From Penicillus capitatus (lineage: Eukaryota > Plantae > Chlorophyta): a stretch of DNA of 64,000 nucleotides. How positions within the stretch are numbered: position 1 is the first letter of the stretch; the number at the start of each line of letters is the position of its first letter. Position numbers and translations under genes: made by a program. Location of the stretch: contig OZ287708.1 in assembly GCA_965649825.1 (NCBI GenBank), positions 329,411 through 393,410 on the forward strand. Direction: 5' to 3'. The notes under the pieces are model-generated. The model was given only the letters and a program-made list of their open reading frames with translations. It searched no databases and had not been told where the DNA came from. Positions 12,426-25,912 of this stretch are shown piece after piece.

Positions 12426-13979
12426 ATGCAAGGAGGACCAAAAGATGATTACAACACCGCCTTGAGCATTCTTTCGTCGCTGCAAAGAAGTCCAAGTCAG
12501 GATGCTTGCGAACAACACCACCGTCTTGCACCGCGTTACCTCAAAGCCCTACGTCTGACCGAGGACGACCTCGCTCGACTGCCAGTGATCCACGTGTCAG
12601 GAACGCGAGGAAAAGACATAACTTGTGCCATGCTCGAACGCATACTGCGCTGTGCGGGATATCGAACAGGTCTCTTTGCGTCGCCGCATCTCTGTGATAT
12701 CCGTGAGCGGGTTCGCATCGACGGTGTCAAAGTGGACAAAGAGACATTTGCCCGCGGCGTTCTTTGGCTTCACGATCGATTTCGTGAAGGCGACCAGGAC
12801 GAACAGCTCCCAATGCCGAGCACCTTCGGGTTCCTGACCTTCCTCGCTTTGCACCTGTTCCTTCAGCAGCAGCTGGATGTTGTGATTTTACAAGTCGGTA
12901 TCGGCGGACGATTGGACCCGACGAACATCGTTCCCTCTCCCGTCATCTGCGGCATCACCTCTATCGGCTACGATCACACGGAGCTCCTGGGAACCACGCT
13001 GCAAGAGATTGCCAGTGAAGTGGCTGGGATTTTCAAGCGGAGAGCAATGGTCTTCACCGTACCCCAGTATCAAGAAGCACAGCAGACACTTGAACACTGC
13101 GCGGCACGGATGATGGTACCGTTGATCGATGTGGGACAGGCAGCCGCCTTTCGTAACTTCTATGAAATTCAGAATTCGTCCGTCGCAAAGGGAGGCCTGA
13201 CAAACTATGCCGTGTTGGCTGTACACATCGCACAGGCGTTCGAAGGGGCATCGTGGCGACGACCTATGCGACCTGAACTGCGTCAGAAGCATAGCGACTA
13301 CGTCGATCGGATGCACTTGCTGAAAAAACACTATCTCCTACCGAAGCCTTACCTGAAAGCCCTGTCCGAATTTGAATGGCCAGGACGACTGCAGAAAATA
13401 CGAGATGTCGAATTGAGAGAGCTCAAAGGCCAAACGAACCTGACGTTCTATTTGGACAGAGCGCATACGGCTGAGGGTATTGCTGCGTGTTTTAACTGGT
13501 TTGCCAATGAGACATCCCAACTGCCTTCTCCCGTCCGACTGTTGCTCTTCAATTCGCCCAGAGAGAGAAATCCAGAACCCTTGATCCGAGCAATGGTATC
13601 CAGTACGAAGACCTGTGGAATCTCTTTTCGTCACGTTTTCTTCGTTCCGTCTCTCACGGAACAGTTCAGTCCATTTCGTGGATGTCAGCATCAGAAACGA
13701 CAACTGCAGTTATGGCTCACTCTTTTAGAAAAGGAAAAACACTCCACTACTGGCCTTCTGGACCAAAAGGCCTCTTCTCACACTTTTCTTAAAACTTCCG
13801 CGATAAAAAATCGCTCTGGGAACATTCAGGCAGATGTCTTTCCCTCACTCCTGAGTTCCTTAGGCTGGTTTCGCTCTCTGGCCCACGAGCGTCCACACCT
13901 TGACATTCATTTACTCATTACAGGTTCACTCTCACTTGTGGGAGATGTTCTGAAGTTGTTGGGAAAGGCGACAAAGTAG
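12426..13979 (+). CDS. Folylpolyglutamate synthase (FPGS/FolC)-family protein, intronless, with several catalytic residues substituted
   Basis: 517-aa ORF with IHVSGTRGKDIT, FASPHL, QVGIGGRLDPTN, GYDH, SEVAGIFK, WPGR and YLDRAHT; TGTAA at 14020-14024. Confidence 0.9.
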   Translation: MQGGPKDDYNTALSILSSLQRSPSQDACEQHHRLAPRYLKALRLTEDDLARLPVIHVSGTRGKDITCAMLERILRCAGYRTGLFASPHLCDIRERVRIDGVKVDKETFARGVLWLHDRFREGDQDEQLPMPSTFGFLTFLALHLFLQQQLDVVILQVGIGGRLDPTNIVPSPVICGITSIGYDHTELLGTTLQEIASEVAGIFKRRAMVFTVPQYQEAQQTLEHCAARMMVPLIDVGQAAAFRNFYEIQNSSVAKGGLTNYAVLAVHIAQAFEGASWRRPMRPELRQKHSDYVDRMHLLKKHYLLPKPYLKALSEFEWPGRLQKIRDVELRELKGQTNLTFYLDRAHTAEGIAACFNWFANETSQLPSPVRLLLFNSPRERNPEPLIRAMVSSTKTCGISFRHVFFVPSLTEQFSPFRGCQHQKRQLQLWLTLLEKEKHSTTGLLDQKASSHTFLKTSAIKNRSGNIQADVFPSLLSSLGWFRSLAHERPHLDIHLLITGSLSLVGDVLKLLGKATK

Positions 13980-14246
13980 CCCGCTCACTCTTTATCCATG
14001 CCGATTCTTTTCGCGGACATGTAAAAACATTTTGTGCTCTGTCATTTGTTTATTATTGATCGGTTCCCTCTGATCTGTGGTAGAGGATAGATGGATTAGT
14101 GAAGGGATGCATGCGGGATCTTTGATGTGACATGGTAGATCCAACCGCATCTCTGCTATTTGGCGCATGGTAAGCGTCGGTCGGTACGGCATACGTCACC
14201 ATCCATCACAACTTGCTTGTTTCGTTGTTGTTTATCCGTGGAATAT

Positions 14247-15576
14247 ATGGAGCCAAGTTTTTATGGCCCTCAATCGAAATGGACCCTTTCAGAAGCGAAA
14301 ACAAGAAACCGAGTCAAACCAATGAACCAGCACAAGATTGCAAAGAACAGACAGACAACGACTAACGTAACACGTCACGAGCATCCGTGCGCTTTCCATG
14401 AGAATGGGTCCATAGAAAAAGACGACAAGGGGAGTAGTTCAACGACGCGAAGGCAAAAACTATCGAGGCGTCCGACAACGCCCCTGGGGTAAATGGGCAG
14501 CTGAGATAAGAGATCCGAGCATTCGAGCTAGACGGTTGGTTAGGCACGCGGCAACGACGGCCTCATGAACGCAGTATCTATCGCGTAGGTGGCTGGGGAC
14601 GTTTGATACTCCCGAAGCGGCTGCGCGTGCCTACGACACAGCAGCACGGGCCATTCGTGGACCAACAGCCAAGTGCAATTTTCCAACAAGCGACGACAGC
14701 CACAACACTGCTCCCTTTCCGACAAAGCCGACGACTTTCCGTCAAACGCGATCCCTAAAGGAACGATGCCCTTCCCATCCCCCCGACGATTCCACGGACT
14801 CGAAAGGTACAACCGTTTTCGTGGGTCAATCGATGAAAGGTGACAGTGGTGGGTCTGGTGTGTCAGCAGGGTCTCATCATCAACCATCCAATTCCATGAT
14901 TCAAATTCAATGGAGTGGTACAACGACGGATCAGATCTCGGACGCTGGCAGCAGTGTACATGATGTGACGGCTTTTGTGCCGGAACCTGATTTGCATGAC
15001 TGCCTGCCTGACTGTGTGATAGAATGCAGTCCATCTGTCGATGTCACTTCATGGATGCTGCCACCAATGCAGTACTACCCAACAGACAATGCATTGCACA
15101 CAGAGGCGCTTAGCTTTCTGGACAGCGGTTTGGTAAATCCAGATGTTGATGTGACGCGATGCTTGGAAGAAAACAGCAGGGCTGGCGATTCCTCCAGTCT
15201 TGCATGTGTGGGGGTAACAGACATGGGACTATCCTCTACTGCGACAACGACAACCACAACGACGACGACAGCATCAGACCTCTCTCCTCTTCCCTGGATG
15301 AAATCCACATCTGTGCAGCACACGTCTCCAGATGCAGTGATAGGTTATGCTGAAGGACTTATGGGGCTGCGAAGCAATGAATGCAACTGCATCGCCTGTG
15401 CTCTGGATATGCATGGTGCCTGCACTGAACTGGAGATGCTAAACACAACGCAAGGCCTTTTTTCTTATCTGCCTGATAATTCCCATTTTGGCCAAGATTC
15501 AATTTTCTTCGATTCCACTTCCACATCTACCTGGGAACCCCTCTGGGAGACAGGCTTATTTAGTGAGCTGTCGTAA
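14247..15576 (+). CDS. AP2/ERF-domain transcription factor; exons about 14247-14366, 14416-14533, 14599-15576
   Basis: Spliced domain [24 protein letters not shown]|[33 protein letters not shown], followed by a Ser/Thr/Asp-rich tail. Confidence 0.93.
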
Positions 15577-15916
15577 GTAGTTAAGATCCGGAAAAAAAGA
15601 ATACTCCATTCATTTTTCTTAGTCCAATGAACTCATGGCGTATAGCTCACTTCTAGTTGCCATAAATTAGTTTCTTCGTCTTTTCTGCCATTCGGTAAGG
15701 ACTCGAGGGTGCTTTGTTTCCTTTCTTGGAGAAATTTATTTGCTTTGGTTACGTGGAGAATTTCCATTCTGTTACCAAAGCGTCTGCCATTGTTATTGAG
15801 AAGGACTGAGGGACCCGCGTCGGTTAGTTTTTGTTTTACTTTGATCGAACGTGTCTTTCTCTCTAATTCTCAATCCCAATTTCAACAATGACCGGAGAAC
15901 GATGTAATGAACAACG

Positions 15917-17766
15917 CTAAGATCGTTCTCCGCCCTTTTCTCGAGCAATGGCTCTGAACCCAATGTCTCGGCGGCAGAATCCCCCAGACCAATCGATACG
16001 ATCCACACCCTAGATCAAAGAGCATGATTGGATCTCCACTTCAGAAAGAGGATGGGATGAACGTCGTAGGCTCTTTGTTGGGCTTCTGTAACGCTCTGGC
16101 CAAGAGCCGTGACACCAAGGACGCGTCCTCCGCTGCTGATCAACTGACCATCTGCATCTAGTGCTGTTCCGGCATGAAAGATCTGTACAGCAAATACTGC
16201 CACCGTCAGCGATCGTCATGATGTACACCGATAGATACTTTGCCATGTGGAATGGAGCCGAGTTGCCGGATGCGTGTTCCCTTTTGGTAGGGTCCAGGGT
16301 AACCGCGTGATGCCATGACAACGGTCAGTGCATAGTCATCTGCCCATTCGATAGGCGGCGCAGCGTCTAGATTTCCTTCACAGGTTCTGATCATGAGATC
16401 GAGTAGATCTGATTTCATTCGCAGCATGAGTGCCTGGCATTCGGGATCGCCAAAACGAACATTGAATTCCAATAGCTTCGCCTACAACGAAAGCTCGCAG
16501 GTGGCAGCCGTCATAAAAAGGAGGATGATGTGACTTGAGTGTGGTGGATCATGAGTCCGGCGAAGAGCACACCTTTGAACGGTATTCCAGCCTTCGCCAT
16601 TGCCGATGCTATCGGCTGCACAATCTCTGAGAGAATCGCCTTCTCCATTTCCAAAGTCACAGCCGGTGCAGGAGAGTACGCTCCCATACCGCCTGTATTC
16701 TCTCCGACATCTCCTTCGCCAACAGCTTTGTGATCCTGACAACAGACAGCGTTTAATGCTCCGGCTCCGTGTCATTGTCAGGAACTGACTTGGGCAGATG
16801 TCAAGGGCAGCACTGTCTCTCCGTCGATAAGAGCAAAGTAAGATGCCTCTTCTCCTCTGAGATACTCCTCGATCACAAGGCGCGAACCTGAAGTCCCGTC
16901 ATTCTGTTATCGGCGGAGTGGCTGCTTGACCTGCTGTGCCGAAGCATTGTTGTAGGAGAATTCGATCGACCGCGGCATGAGCTTCCTCTTTCGTTTTGCA
17001 TACAATGACTCCCTTGCCTGCTGCCAGACCATCTGCCTTCACCACAATAGGAACATTTTGCGCATAAATGTAGTCCTTCGCGGCAGAGGCATCTGTGAAC
17101 TGTGCATAGGCGCCAGTAGGGATGCCTGATTTTTCACAAAGCGCCTGGAACACACACGAATCATTTGTCGAGGAATGGGACCAGTATGATCGCAAAGATC
17201 CACCCACTTTCATAAAGGCTTTGGAGCCCTCCAATTGAGCAGCTTCCTTCGATGGACCGAATGCCATGACTCCTGCCATACTGAGATCATCAACAATACC
17301 GCTGACCAGAGGCGCCTCCGGTCCAACCACCACTAGATCAATTCCACGCTTCTTACAGAAATCCACCACCTCCATTGCACAATCCACTGTTCCACACTCC
17401 CTCCTCGACATTCCGCTTGCACTTCTTCGTGATCGTGGATGTCTTGAATGGGCGGGTGTTGGATGTCTGGCTCTTTGAGGATGCCGGCATTGCCAGGTGC
17501 GCAGTACAATGCCCCACATCGATCCGATTGGCGCAGCTTCCAACAGAGAGCATGTTCGCGTCCGCCACCGCCCAAGATCAAGACATTCGTCTACCCCTCA
17601 TCTCTCACGTCACCAAATCTCCGTTCGCCTTTACTTGAGAGGCCGCGACGGCTATGGAACCGCCCTTCCGACGTGATCGCGGCTGAGAGCGTCGTCGTCC
17701 AATCGACGATCCTCGGAGGGCGGCAGTACGCATCTGTCGAACGTTCATGTCGTTCATGAGTGGCAT
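15917..17766 (-). CDS. purD: Phosphoribosylamine--glycine ligase (GARS), plastid-targeted, multi-exon
   Basis: [73 protein letters not shown]; the start Met (17766/17757/17748) is uncertain. Confidence 0.96.
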
Positions 17767-17786
17767 TTCGTGTCGTCTCTCAAAAG

Positions 17787-18571
17787 ATGGACATTCAGAA
17801 CAACGCAGCACTGGAATCGGCTACTCGCGTCTTTCGTGCACGGAAGACCACTTTAGAGATGCTCACCGATCGCGGATACCACATTCCGAAGGCACGCGCG
17901 TCTCCCTTCCATATCTGACTCAACAGCAACTCCTGTAGGAAGACTGGACATCTCTTGACCACTTTCTCGAGGTCCACGGGACAGATCTGCGACGAGAGAG
18001 TCTCACTCAAGTCTTCCACAAACCGGCAGATCACACAGACCAAGTGCCCATCTCCATTCCTGCAGCAATATTCCTCCGCGAATCGCAACGGTGTAGATTT
18101 TCGTGTATTTTGCCGAAGATGAGAAGGTCGGTGTGGCCACCGTCAAAAGTCTGCATCAGAAAATGAAGTCAGAGAACGCGCATCGCGCCATTATGATTAT
18201 CCATGGCAAACTGAGCCCGTTCGTGCGCTCTGCTCTGAACAATATGGAAGATCAGTATCGCATCGAGGTCTTTCAAGAACAGGAGCTCCTTGTCAACATC
18301 ACCAAACATGTCTTGGTTCCGGAGCATCACGTTCTGAGCCAGCAGGAAAAGCAGGACCTCCTTGGGGAATACAAACTGAAAGACAATCAACTGCCACGCA
18401 TTCAAGCAAGCTCTCTTCTCAGTTTCAGCGTCGGCATTGACTGGGTCATGCTGTGGTCAGTTGACAGATCCAGTCGCTCGGTACTTTGGCATGTCCCGCG
18501 GAGAAGTGGTTCGGATCATACGGCCCAGTGAGACGGCCGGGCGTTATGTGACTTACCGAATCGCCTTTTGA
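17787..18571 (+). CDS. RPB5: RNA polymerase I/II/III common subunit RPB5, 4 exons
   Basis: [32 protein letters not shown]|[24 protein letters not shown]; introns 17892-17938 and 18406-18460 are GC-AG. Confidence 0.96.
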
Positions 18572-18690
18572 GATGTCATTGTCTGTCTGTCACTGTAGAA
18601 TATACGCCATTATTTGCATGATGCTCATTAGATCTTGGATCCCGTGCCCAACGCACGTTTTTATTGCGTCGAAGTACTGCAGCGCGCATC

Positions 18691-20245
18691 ATGGCTCAAG
18701 TTGCGAACATGATTACGCGCATTGCCCCAACGGCACGCGTTCACGGGGCGCGGATCCGTCCGCACGTCTCGAGTTCGTTGCGTCGCGGCGATGTCGGTTC
18801 TGCCCACAGATTTTTCGGCGCTCCGGTTCGGCAATCTCCGTTCGTTGCGGCACCTTTTACGCGACGTGTTCATGCGATGCCCGTTCTTGCGATGGCGAAG
18901 AAATCGGTTGGCGATCTGATGGGTGCCGATCTCAAGGGCAAGACCGTGTTTGTACGTGCCGATCTCAACGTCCCACTCGACGGAGATCGAAAAATCACAG
19001 ACGACACACGTGTGCGTGCAGCAGTGCCAACTCTGAAATACTTAGTCGACGCTGGGGCCAAAGTTTTGTTGACATCGCATCTGGGCCGGCCAAAATCTGG
19101 ACCCGAAGACAAATTTAGACTCGACCCCGTTGTCCCACGTCTCTCCGAGCTCGTCGGGAGCACCGTCAAAAAAGTGAACGATTGCGTGGGCGATACCGTC
19201 AAATCTGCCGTTTCTACAATGTCTGATGGCGAAGTGCAAGAATCTCACACTTTCCCTCTTTCTCACACAAATGCCCTAGATCCTGCTATTGGAGAATGTT
19301 CGGTTTTACAAGGAAGAGACCAAGAATGATCCGGGATTCTCTGAGAAGGTAAGAGGCGGTGTGTGATGCCAGATGGATGATGTTGTTGTGTAGTTGGCAG
19401 CAAATGCTGAGCTGTATGTGAATGACGCTTTCGGAACTGCCCATCGAGCACACAGTTCGACAGAAGGCGTGACGAAGTTTCTGAAACCCTGCGTTGCCGG
19501 ATTCCTTCTGCAAAAGGAATTGGATTATCTCGACGGAGCTGTCAGCAATCCTAAACGTCCCTTCTGTGCGATCGTGGGCGGATCGAAAGTCTCATCCAAA
19601 ATCACTGTCATCGAGAGTCTCCTCGGGAAAGTGGACAAAATCATACTTGGGTAACATCTCGACCTGACGATCCCATCTTCTGAATACACAGATCTGTCTG
19701 TTTCTAGTGGAGGAATGGTGTTCACCTTCTACAAGGCTAGAGGGTTGAATGTGGGAAGCTCTTTGGTGGAGGAAGACAAACTGGATCTCGCGAAGGATCT
19801 GGAAGCAAAGGCAAAGGCAGCAGGGGTGGAGTTTATTCTGCCGACGGATATCGTTGTGGCCGACAAGTTCGATGCCGCCGCCAATTCGAAAGTCGTCGCC
19901 GCCGAGGAGATTCCGGATGGTTGGATGGGATTAGATATTGGACCGGCGTCCATTGACAGCCTCAAGAAAACACTGTCTGAGTGCCAGACAGTGGTATGGA
20001 ACGGTCCTATGGGCGTGTTCGAGTTTGAGAAATTCGCAGCCGGCACTCTGGGCATTGCTCAGTGTCTGGCCGAACTGACAGACAAAGGATGCACGACCAT
20101 CATCGGCGGCGGCGATTCTGTCGCTGCTGTGGAGCAGGCGGGACTGGGATCAAGAATGAGTCACATTTCAACAGGCGGCGGAGCTTCGTTGGAACTACTC
20201 GAAGGAAAGGTCTTGCCTGGTGTGGCTGCTCTCGATGAAGCATAA
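18691..20245 (+). CDS. PGK: Phosphoglycerate kinase, chloroplast type, 4 exons
   Basis: Transit peptide, then [53 protein letters not shown] and [14 protein letters not shown]. Confidence 0.98.
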
Positions 20246-20367
20246 AGGGCATTTTGGTATGATGATTTCATTTTTTGTGATCCGACGCATTGCCGTCAAT
20301 ACATCCTTCGAGTCTGGGATGAATGGATAGATGGATGGATGACACTCTTCAATTAAGTGTTTGGGCC

Positions 20368-22339
20368 TCATGATCGACTGCTGAAGAGTGAGAAGCAGGT
20401 CACTGCTGTCGACAAGAGTATGGGCAAAAAGAGAGGCAGGTAGATTCCGAGCTTGTGCTCTGGGGGAAAGTTTTCCCTCGAGACGATAGCGGGGTGTGAA
20501 AAGGCCAGCTCTGCTAGATGCTTAGAATGGCTGGCTGCCTGTGCAGCGCCTGTCACATCACCAGTCCTGAGCTTTAACAACGTCGTTTCGACAGCCGCCA
20601 GTGATGCAAGCACCTAAAGAACGCCCATCCACCAAAGGCGATAAGTATGGAAGGACACAGACTTGGTCTTGGATGATATCCGGGACTTCCAAGTTGGGTA
20701 TCGTGTCGACCAAATTCACAAGGGACAACAAGATATGAACACTTGTTCCGGTATCTTGGGTCAGTTTCTTCAGCACCAGCCATTCCACTTCGTTCTGTGC
20801 AAATCCCTCTTCCAAAAATCGCACGTGTGAGATTCCCTTTTCCTGTGGCATCTCATCGAAACCCAATGACAGACGCAGCATCGTCACAGCAGCTTCTGCA
20901 ATCGACTGTTCGTCTTCTTCGTTCAGATCTGCCCCTCTCGGCGGCGGCATAGATCCCTTGTTGAGGTGTTTGTTCAGAATATGAACGCCTCCCCACGACG
21001 GGACAAAGAAGGACTGTGTTTGTCCTGCGTCCAGATGGAGGCTGAGAGGAGACGCGTCTTTGGGCGGAATGTACGCCATGAAATGCAAAACATATGGCAG
21101 TGTGCCCTCTCCTCGAACACTGGCAGTCACTTTTCCACTCGGATCGACATCCCACTCATTGTTAACACAGAAGGGAAGATCAGACGGATCGATCGTGAAG
21201 GACTCCATGCTGACATTCCACTTCGGATCGACCAGAAGATCACAATCCATAATAACCTAACACAAGCAGCCACAAAACGCCGTCGGAGCACATCTCATTG
21301 GATCAAACAACATGACTTTCTAAGCTGACGTTAAAAGGTGTCAGTTGATGTAGTGTTGCCGTCAGCCAATCGGATTCGATACGGGTAAAGTTCCACTGCC
21401 AATATCCGTTTCTCGGGTCGGAGCTGCACAATGTGAACGACAGCAACAGTTCGGTCGAGAATTCCATGTCGCTGCCTAAGAAGTTGGCCAGTGCGTGTCA
21501 ACCGACATTCGATCCTAAAGATGACCATCACTTGATGGTCGATCGAGGAAAGCATCTCTGAGAAAAGCGTCGAGAAAAGACAGGACTTGATTCTCCAGGG
21601 GTGATGAACCTACTGATGGCGTAGCTATCTGCATCCAACTGTTGTGGCCATGTACCATGGGTTGGCTTTCCTTGACAGTATCTATAGGACACACCTGTTC
21701 TCGGTGACCAAGGGGAGATAATGATGTGACGTGTGGCAGGGAACAGGAGAATATGATAGGACGTCTGATCCTCTACTGTGCGAAAGCATTTTTCGAGATC
21801 CATCGCTATCTGCTCAGTCGATCCAGAAGTGGCGGAATCTGTTAGAAACGTGTCCAGTAGACATTGTTCTTCAGGTTGCCCGATGGATTTGGGATCCATC
21901 AGATCCACAAACTGCACTGTGGATACGATCTCTAGAAAAGAGGTGCTCGCGCTTTTTACGGCGCCTTCAAGGTTCCTTTTAATCCCAGATGCATTCTCGG
22001 ACGCTAAGTACACCACATACATATCTCGCACTGAGTGTTGCATGTGAGATGTCAGCACTACGAGGCAAAAACGAGTAGATCGTGAAATGTAAAGGCAGTT
22101 TGAGTGCGTTCGATGATTTTAGGAGAGAGGAGAGTGTTTGGATTCGTTCTCTCGGCAGAGGCGGTCTTGAGATGAGCGTCGTTTGCCACCACACAGGCAA
22201 TCCTTACGCCAACAACGTAGCGCTCTCGATGCAGAGAGGCAGAAATACCCAAGAGGAAATAGCAGATGATGCTGGCAAGGACAAAACCATTCTGCCTCCT
22301 TTTCAGAGTAGAGACGACGGAAGTGCTCGATCGCGTCAT
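20368..22339 (-). CDS. PIGS: GPI transamidase component PIG-S, multi-exon
   Basis: N-terminal TM segment; VLHFMAYIPP..FFVPSWGGVHILN; C-terminal FPPEHKLGIYLPLFLPI TM motif. Confidence 0.82.
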
Positions 22340-24820
22340 CAAGACGTCAGTCTCTTTGGGTCTTCTCGCGTGTTGGCTATCCTTCAGACGCGGACGATGG
22401 TTTCGTTTCTCGATCGCGTACTAGAAGACCTGCGCTTCCGACTGTGTGTCAGATACGTCTCCGAGACGTCCGTTGCGATATCTCTGTTTTTCCGATAAAG
22501 GCGTCAGACAGAAATGTCATGCCACAAAACACGCTCTTTACATCCGGAGAGATGTTTAAAGTATTGTGCTAGATCGAAGCCACTCTGATACAGAGACAGA
22601 TTGAAAGAATCCTCGATGTTGCTATCCACTCTTGGTGGAGTCTCATCGACATCGAGCACGCAATGTCGACTAGGGTGTGTTCCATTCGCCACCGCAACAC
22701 CTTTGCTTTTATATGAGACAAGTACTCTGTGTACGTTATCGATTGCTTTGTTTGACGTTCTGTTTTCAGGTTGCTTGATCGGATGGCGATTTCTCAACGC
22801 ATTTACACCCTTCTAATCATTGTGTCTCAGAATCTTTGCCTGCTGTACATTATGGGACAAACATAGGCGAGTCATGGCGTTTGTTTTTGCCTCGGCAAAC
22901 AAGAACAGTCTTGGAATTGTGGAAGGGGAGCCAAAAGCTAAAAGATCTTAAAACGAAAAGAGCTTATTCGAGACATCACAGCCTCCGCGTTTTGTTGTCA
23001 TGCAGCAGGAGAAAGAAAGATGACAGCTGGGTACAGAGAAAATGTAGATTTACCAGTGACGATGTAAAAAACAAGTGCGACGAACATTTCTTGCCTCGCA
23101 ACGCAAAACACAGGACAAACAGAATATAGGCGAAGGGTTAGACTAGATAGATGATTCGTTCAATATCTGCGAGTTCGTTAGACACATGATCTCTTGCGAC
23201 GGCTCTCAAGCATCAGCAGAGAAGCGTCCAGCGTTTCTGGACAGCGCAGCTTCTTTCACTGAACTTCTGCTCACTGCTGGCACCAAGGAATTGCTTTCCG
23301 TCTGTATTCTTGAGCCCGGCGGGGTGTTGTGTGTAGAACCAGTCAACCAATCAACCAACATGGTCTGATGGGTGCGTGAGATCGCTATCGCACTGAACGG
23401 AGGTAAGTGTTGGGTATGAGATCAGGCAGGTAGGTATGCAGGTTGGACGGACGGACGATCATGAGCCACCAAAACAATCACCACAGGATGCTTACATGAA
23501 TGTAATCTTAGTTCATTTACAATGGAAATAAAACTCATTGTTCTCTTCTGCAGCCAAGAAAAACAACCCCGTTCGCTTTTGGCTCAATCGTCTGTCGTCA
23601 ACAACAGTCAAGATCAACAAATCAAGGCACAAGAAATCTCTTAGAAGAGCATCTATTTGCTTGTATTGAGGGTGCATTGAACAGAAGCAATGGTCGTCCA
23701 CGTATTGGTCACAAATTGACAGGGACCAAAAAGAACTTCAAACACTGGGATGTGTTATCCCTCCGTTAGAAACATTTATTTCTGTCCTTATTGAACCAAG
23801 AACGTCCTTCATGCGACCTGGATAGACGGAAAACACCGTTGGGGTAGATTCTGAAGACCCATCAGACAGTCGTAGGCTTGTCGTCATAGTCGTCGTCACT
23901 TGTTGCTGTTGTCATGATTGTTGTTGTTTATAACAGTCTTGTCTTGCTCTGGTGTGCATCATATGTGACTTCTTCAAAAGTCGAAAATCATGCGTTGTCG
24001 TCACTGCATTATTTAAAGCTGTGATGCAAGACCTATTAAAAACAAAGAATTAAATTAGCCAAAAACTGCCACCCCGGAAGAGAACCATTTAATAAACCAA
24101 CACAAAGCAAAAAACACTAAAATGCTGTATCAGTGCGGATCTCCAGATGCACACGACGCCATCTAAAAAGCGGCGGCGCCGCACGCCCGAAAAAGAAATC
24201 TAGACTGACACAGACATTTCGTGACAGTTGGACAACTGCAGTCTGGTCAAACACTGAATTCACTAGCGGACAATTAATCTGTCTAATGCGCTAACGTCAA
24301 AAGAGTAAATCTGGAATTGTGCTAAGTGATTGCACAGAAGAGTAAAAGCGAATCGTGAATGACATTGTTTGTTTCCCAACTTCGTACTTCTCGATACCAC
24401 CACCACCATCATCATCACCGATGTCGGCAATAGATAGAACATCATCGCCAATATCATCATCGGACGATAAACGATGCACCATGATCGAAATTCAACACAC
24501 AGCAATCATCATCACCACCACCACTACCACATCGACAACAACAACGACGACGATGAAACAATCAATCAATCAGTACAGTTTGGTATCCATCAAAGGGCCC
24601 CCATCACAATGCGTCAGTTTCTGTCTGTTTGACGAAGAACAAGAATGAGGGGGCGTTTGCAGGAAAGAGAAGTACACAACGACTCATACAGCTCGGGGAA
24701 ATCTATCTTGCCTCTTCGTTATCGTCAGGAGACGGAACGGACTATACTAAAAAACAGTGTTGGTCAAGCTGCGGTGTCCACGTCTTGGTCCTGCTTCAGT
24801 TGGTTGCTGATTGGTTGTTG

Positions 24821-25496
24821 TTATGACAGGCACATGGCTTTAGCGAGGAGAACAGCTGTTGGCATGGGAAGTGCCTCTGGCGGTGGCGAATTGAAACAAA
24901 TGGGACCGGCGAATAACGAACACACACTGGCTGGCTGAAAGGTATAGGCTCCTTCGTCGCTGTCTTCCTTCTTTGACAGGAGCGTCACACTCGCGACGGA
25001 GTGCCCACCAAAATGACGCTCGCGCACGCGACTGCGCCGGTTACGCGCTTCTTCGGTCGCATGATTGTAGGGACGGCTGCCCATTCCTCCGCGGCGAGAA
25101 GACCGAGGACTTGTTCGTTTGTATCCTCCACTTCCATTACCGCCGCCGCCTCCATTTTTTGATGCGCCTCGAACATAACTCCCATCCCTGAACACAAACG
25201 AACGAACATACATCCCTCTCTCCACCAAACATATACACCCACGATTTCTGCTTAGTCGACTTTTCCACTGGAGAATCAGAGGCGTCGCTAAAGTAAGGAA
25301 TGAGCTTTCTTCCAAAGCCCGGATGTCGCGTAGTCGGTCGCGTTTGACACTGCTCTATCATACGGTCTAACAGCAACTCGGAGTCTCCACAGAAAGAACC
25401 CGCGTTGTTTTCCCTCTGTAACAGAGCAGTGACATCCGTGAACACACAAGACGCCGGCACTTGTGCGTCCCTACCAGGTTTTCGCTGACGGTGCAT
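24821..25496 (-). CDS. Disordered protein with a C-terminal PNRC/Edc1-type motif (FAGPICFNSPPPEALPMP), 2 exons
   Basis: ORFs 25137-25571 and 24821-25315 join through a GT-AG intron (KQKS|DGSYVRG); the C-terminus matches YAGxxFxxSPxxxxLPxP. Confidence 0.6.
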
Positions 25497-25912
25497 GAAG
25501 TGGCGATGCCCGCAGCATCGCTCAAGTGTAAAGTCATTCGAACACGTAACTACGTGCGTTGATGGACTCACAGTGCGTAACAGTGTGCGAAGCCGTGGCT
25601 TCGACTCAGCTTGGTATGAACAACCCGAAAAGGCGATACGAAAACACCTGACGTGAAATTCCGCCGACCGTCAAACTAGGCTGATGTGACAGCTCATGAT
25701 CGATCCGTATTCTCAGGCAGCGTCCGACCCTTTCACTGCAACTGCACGATGCCAACCAGCTCTCAACCGCCACACTTGGTGTCTACGACGACCAGTGAAT
25801 ACGAACCGAATGCCCCATGGGCATCAAAGGGGCGCCAAGCGAAGAGATGAACGGCTCGCTTGTTCTCAGAACTCGTGACTTGATTTTGCATCGTGATAGG
25901 AATAGGGAAAGA

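Noticed and set aside
22350-24800. Short ORFs and small hairpins (e.g. 22504-22797, 24355-24648) as genes or snoRNAs
   Set aside because: No recognisable motifs or consistent splice model; trinucleotide microsatellites explain some of the ORFs.
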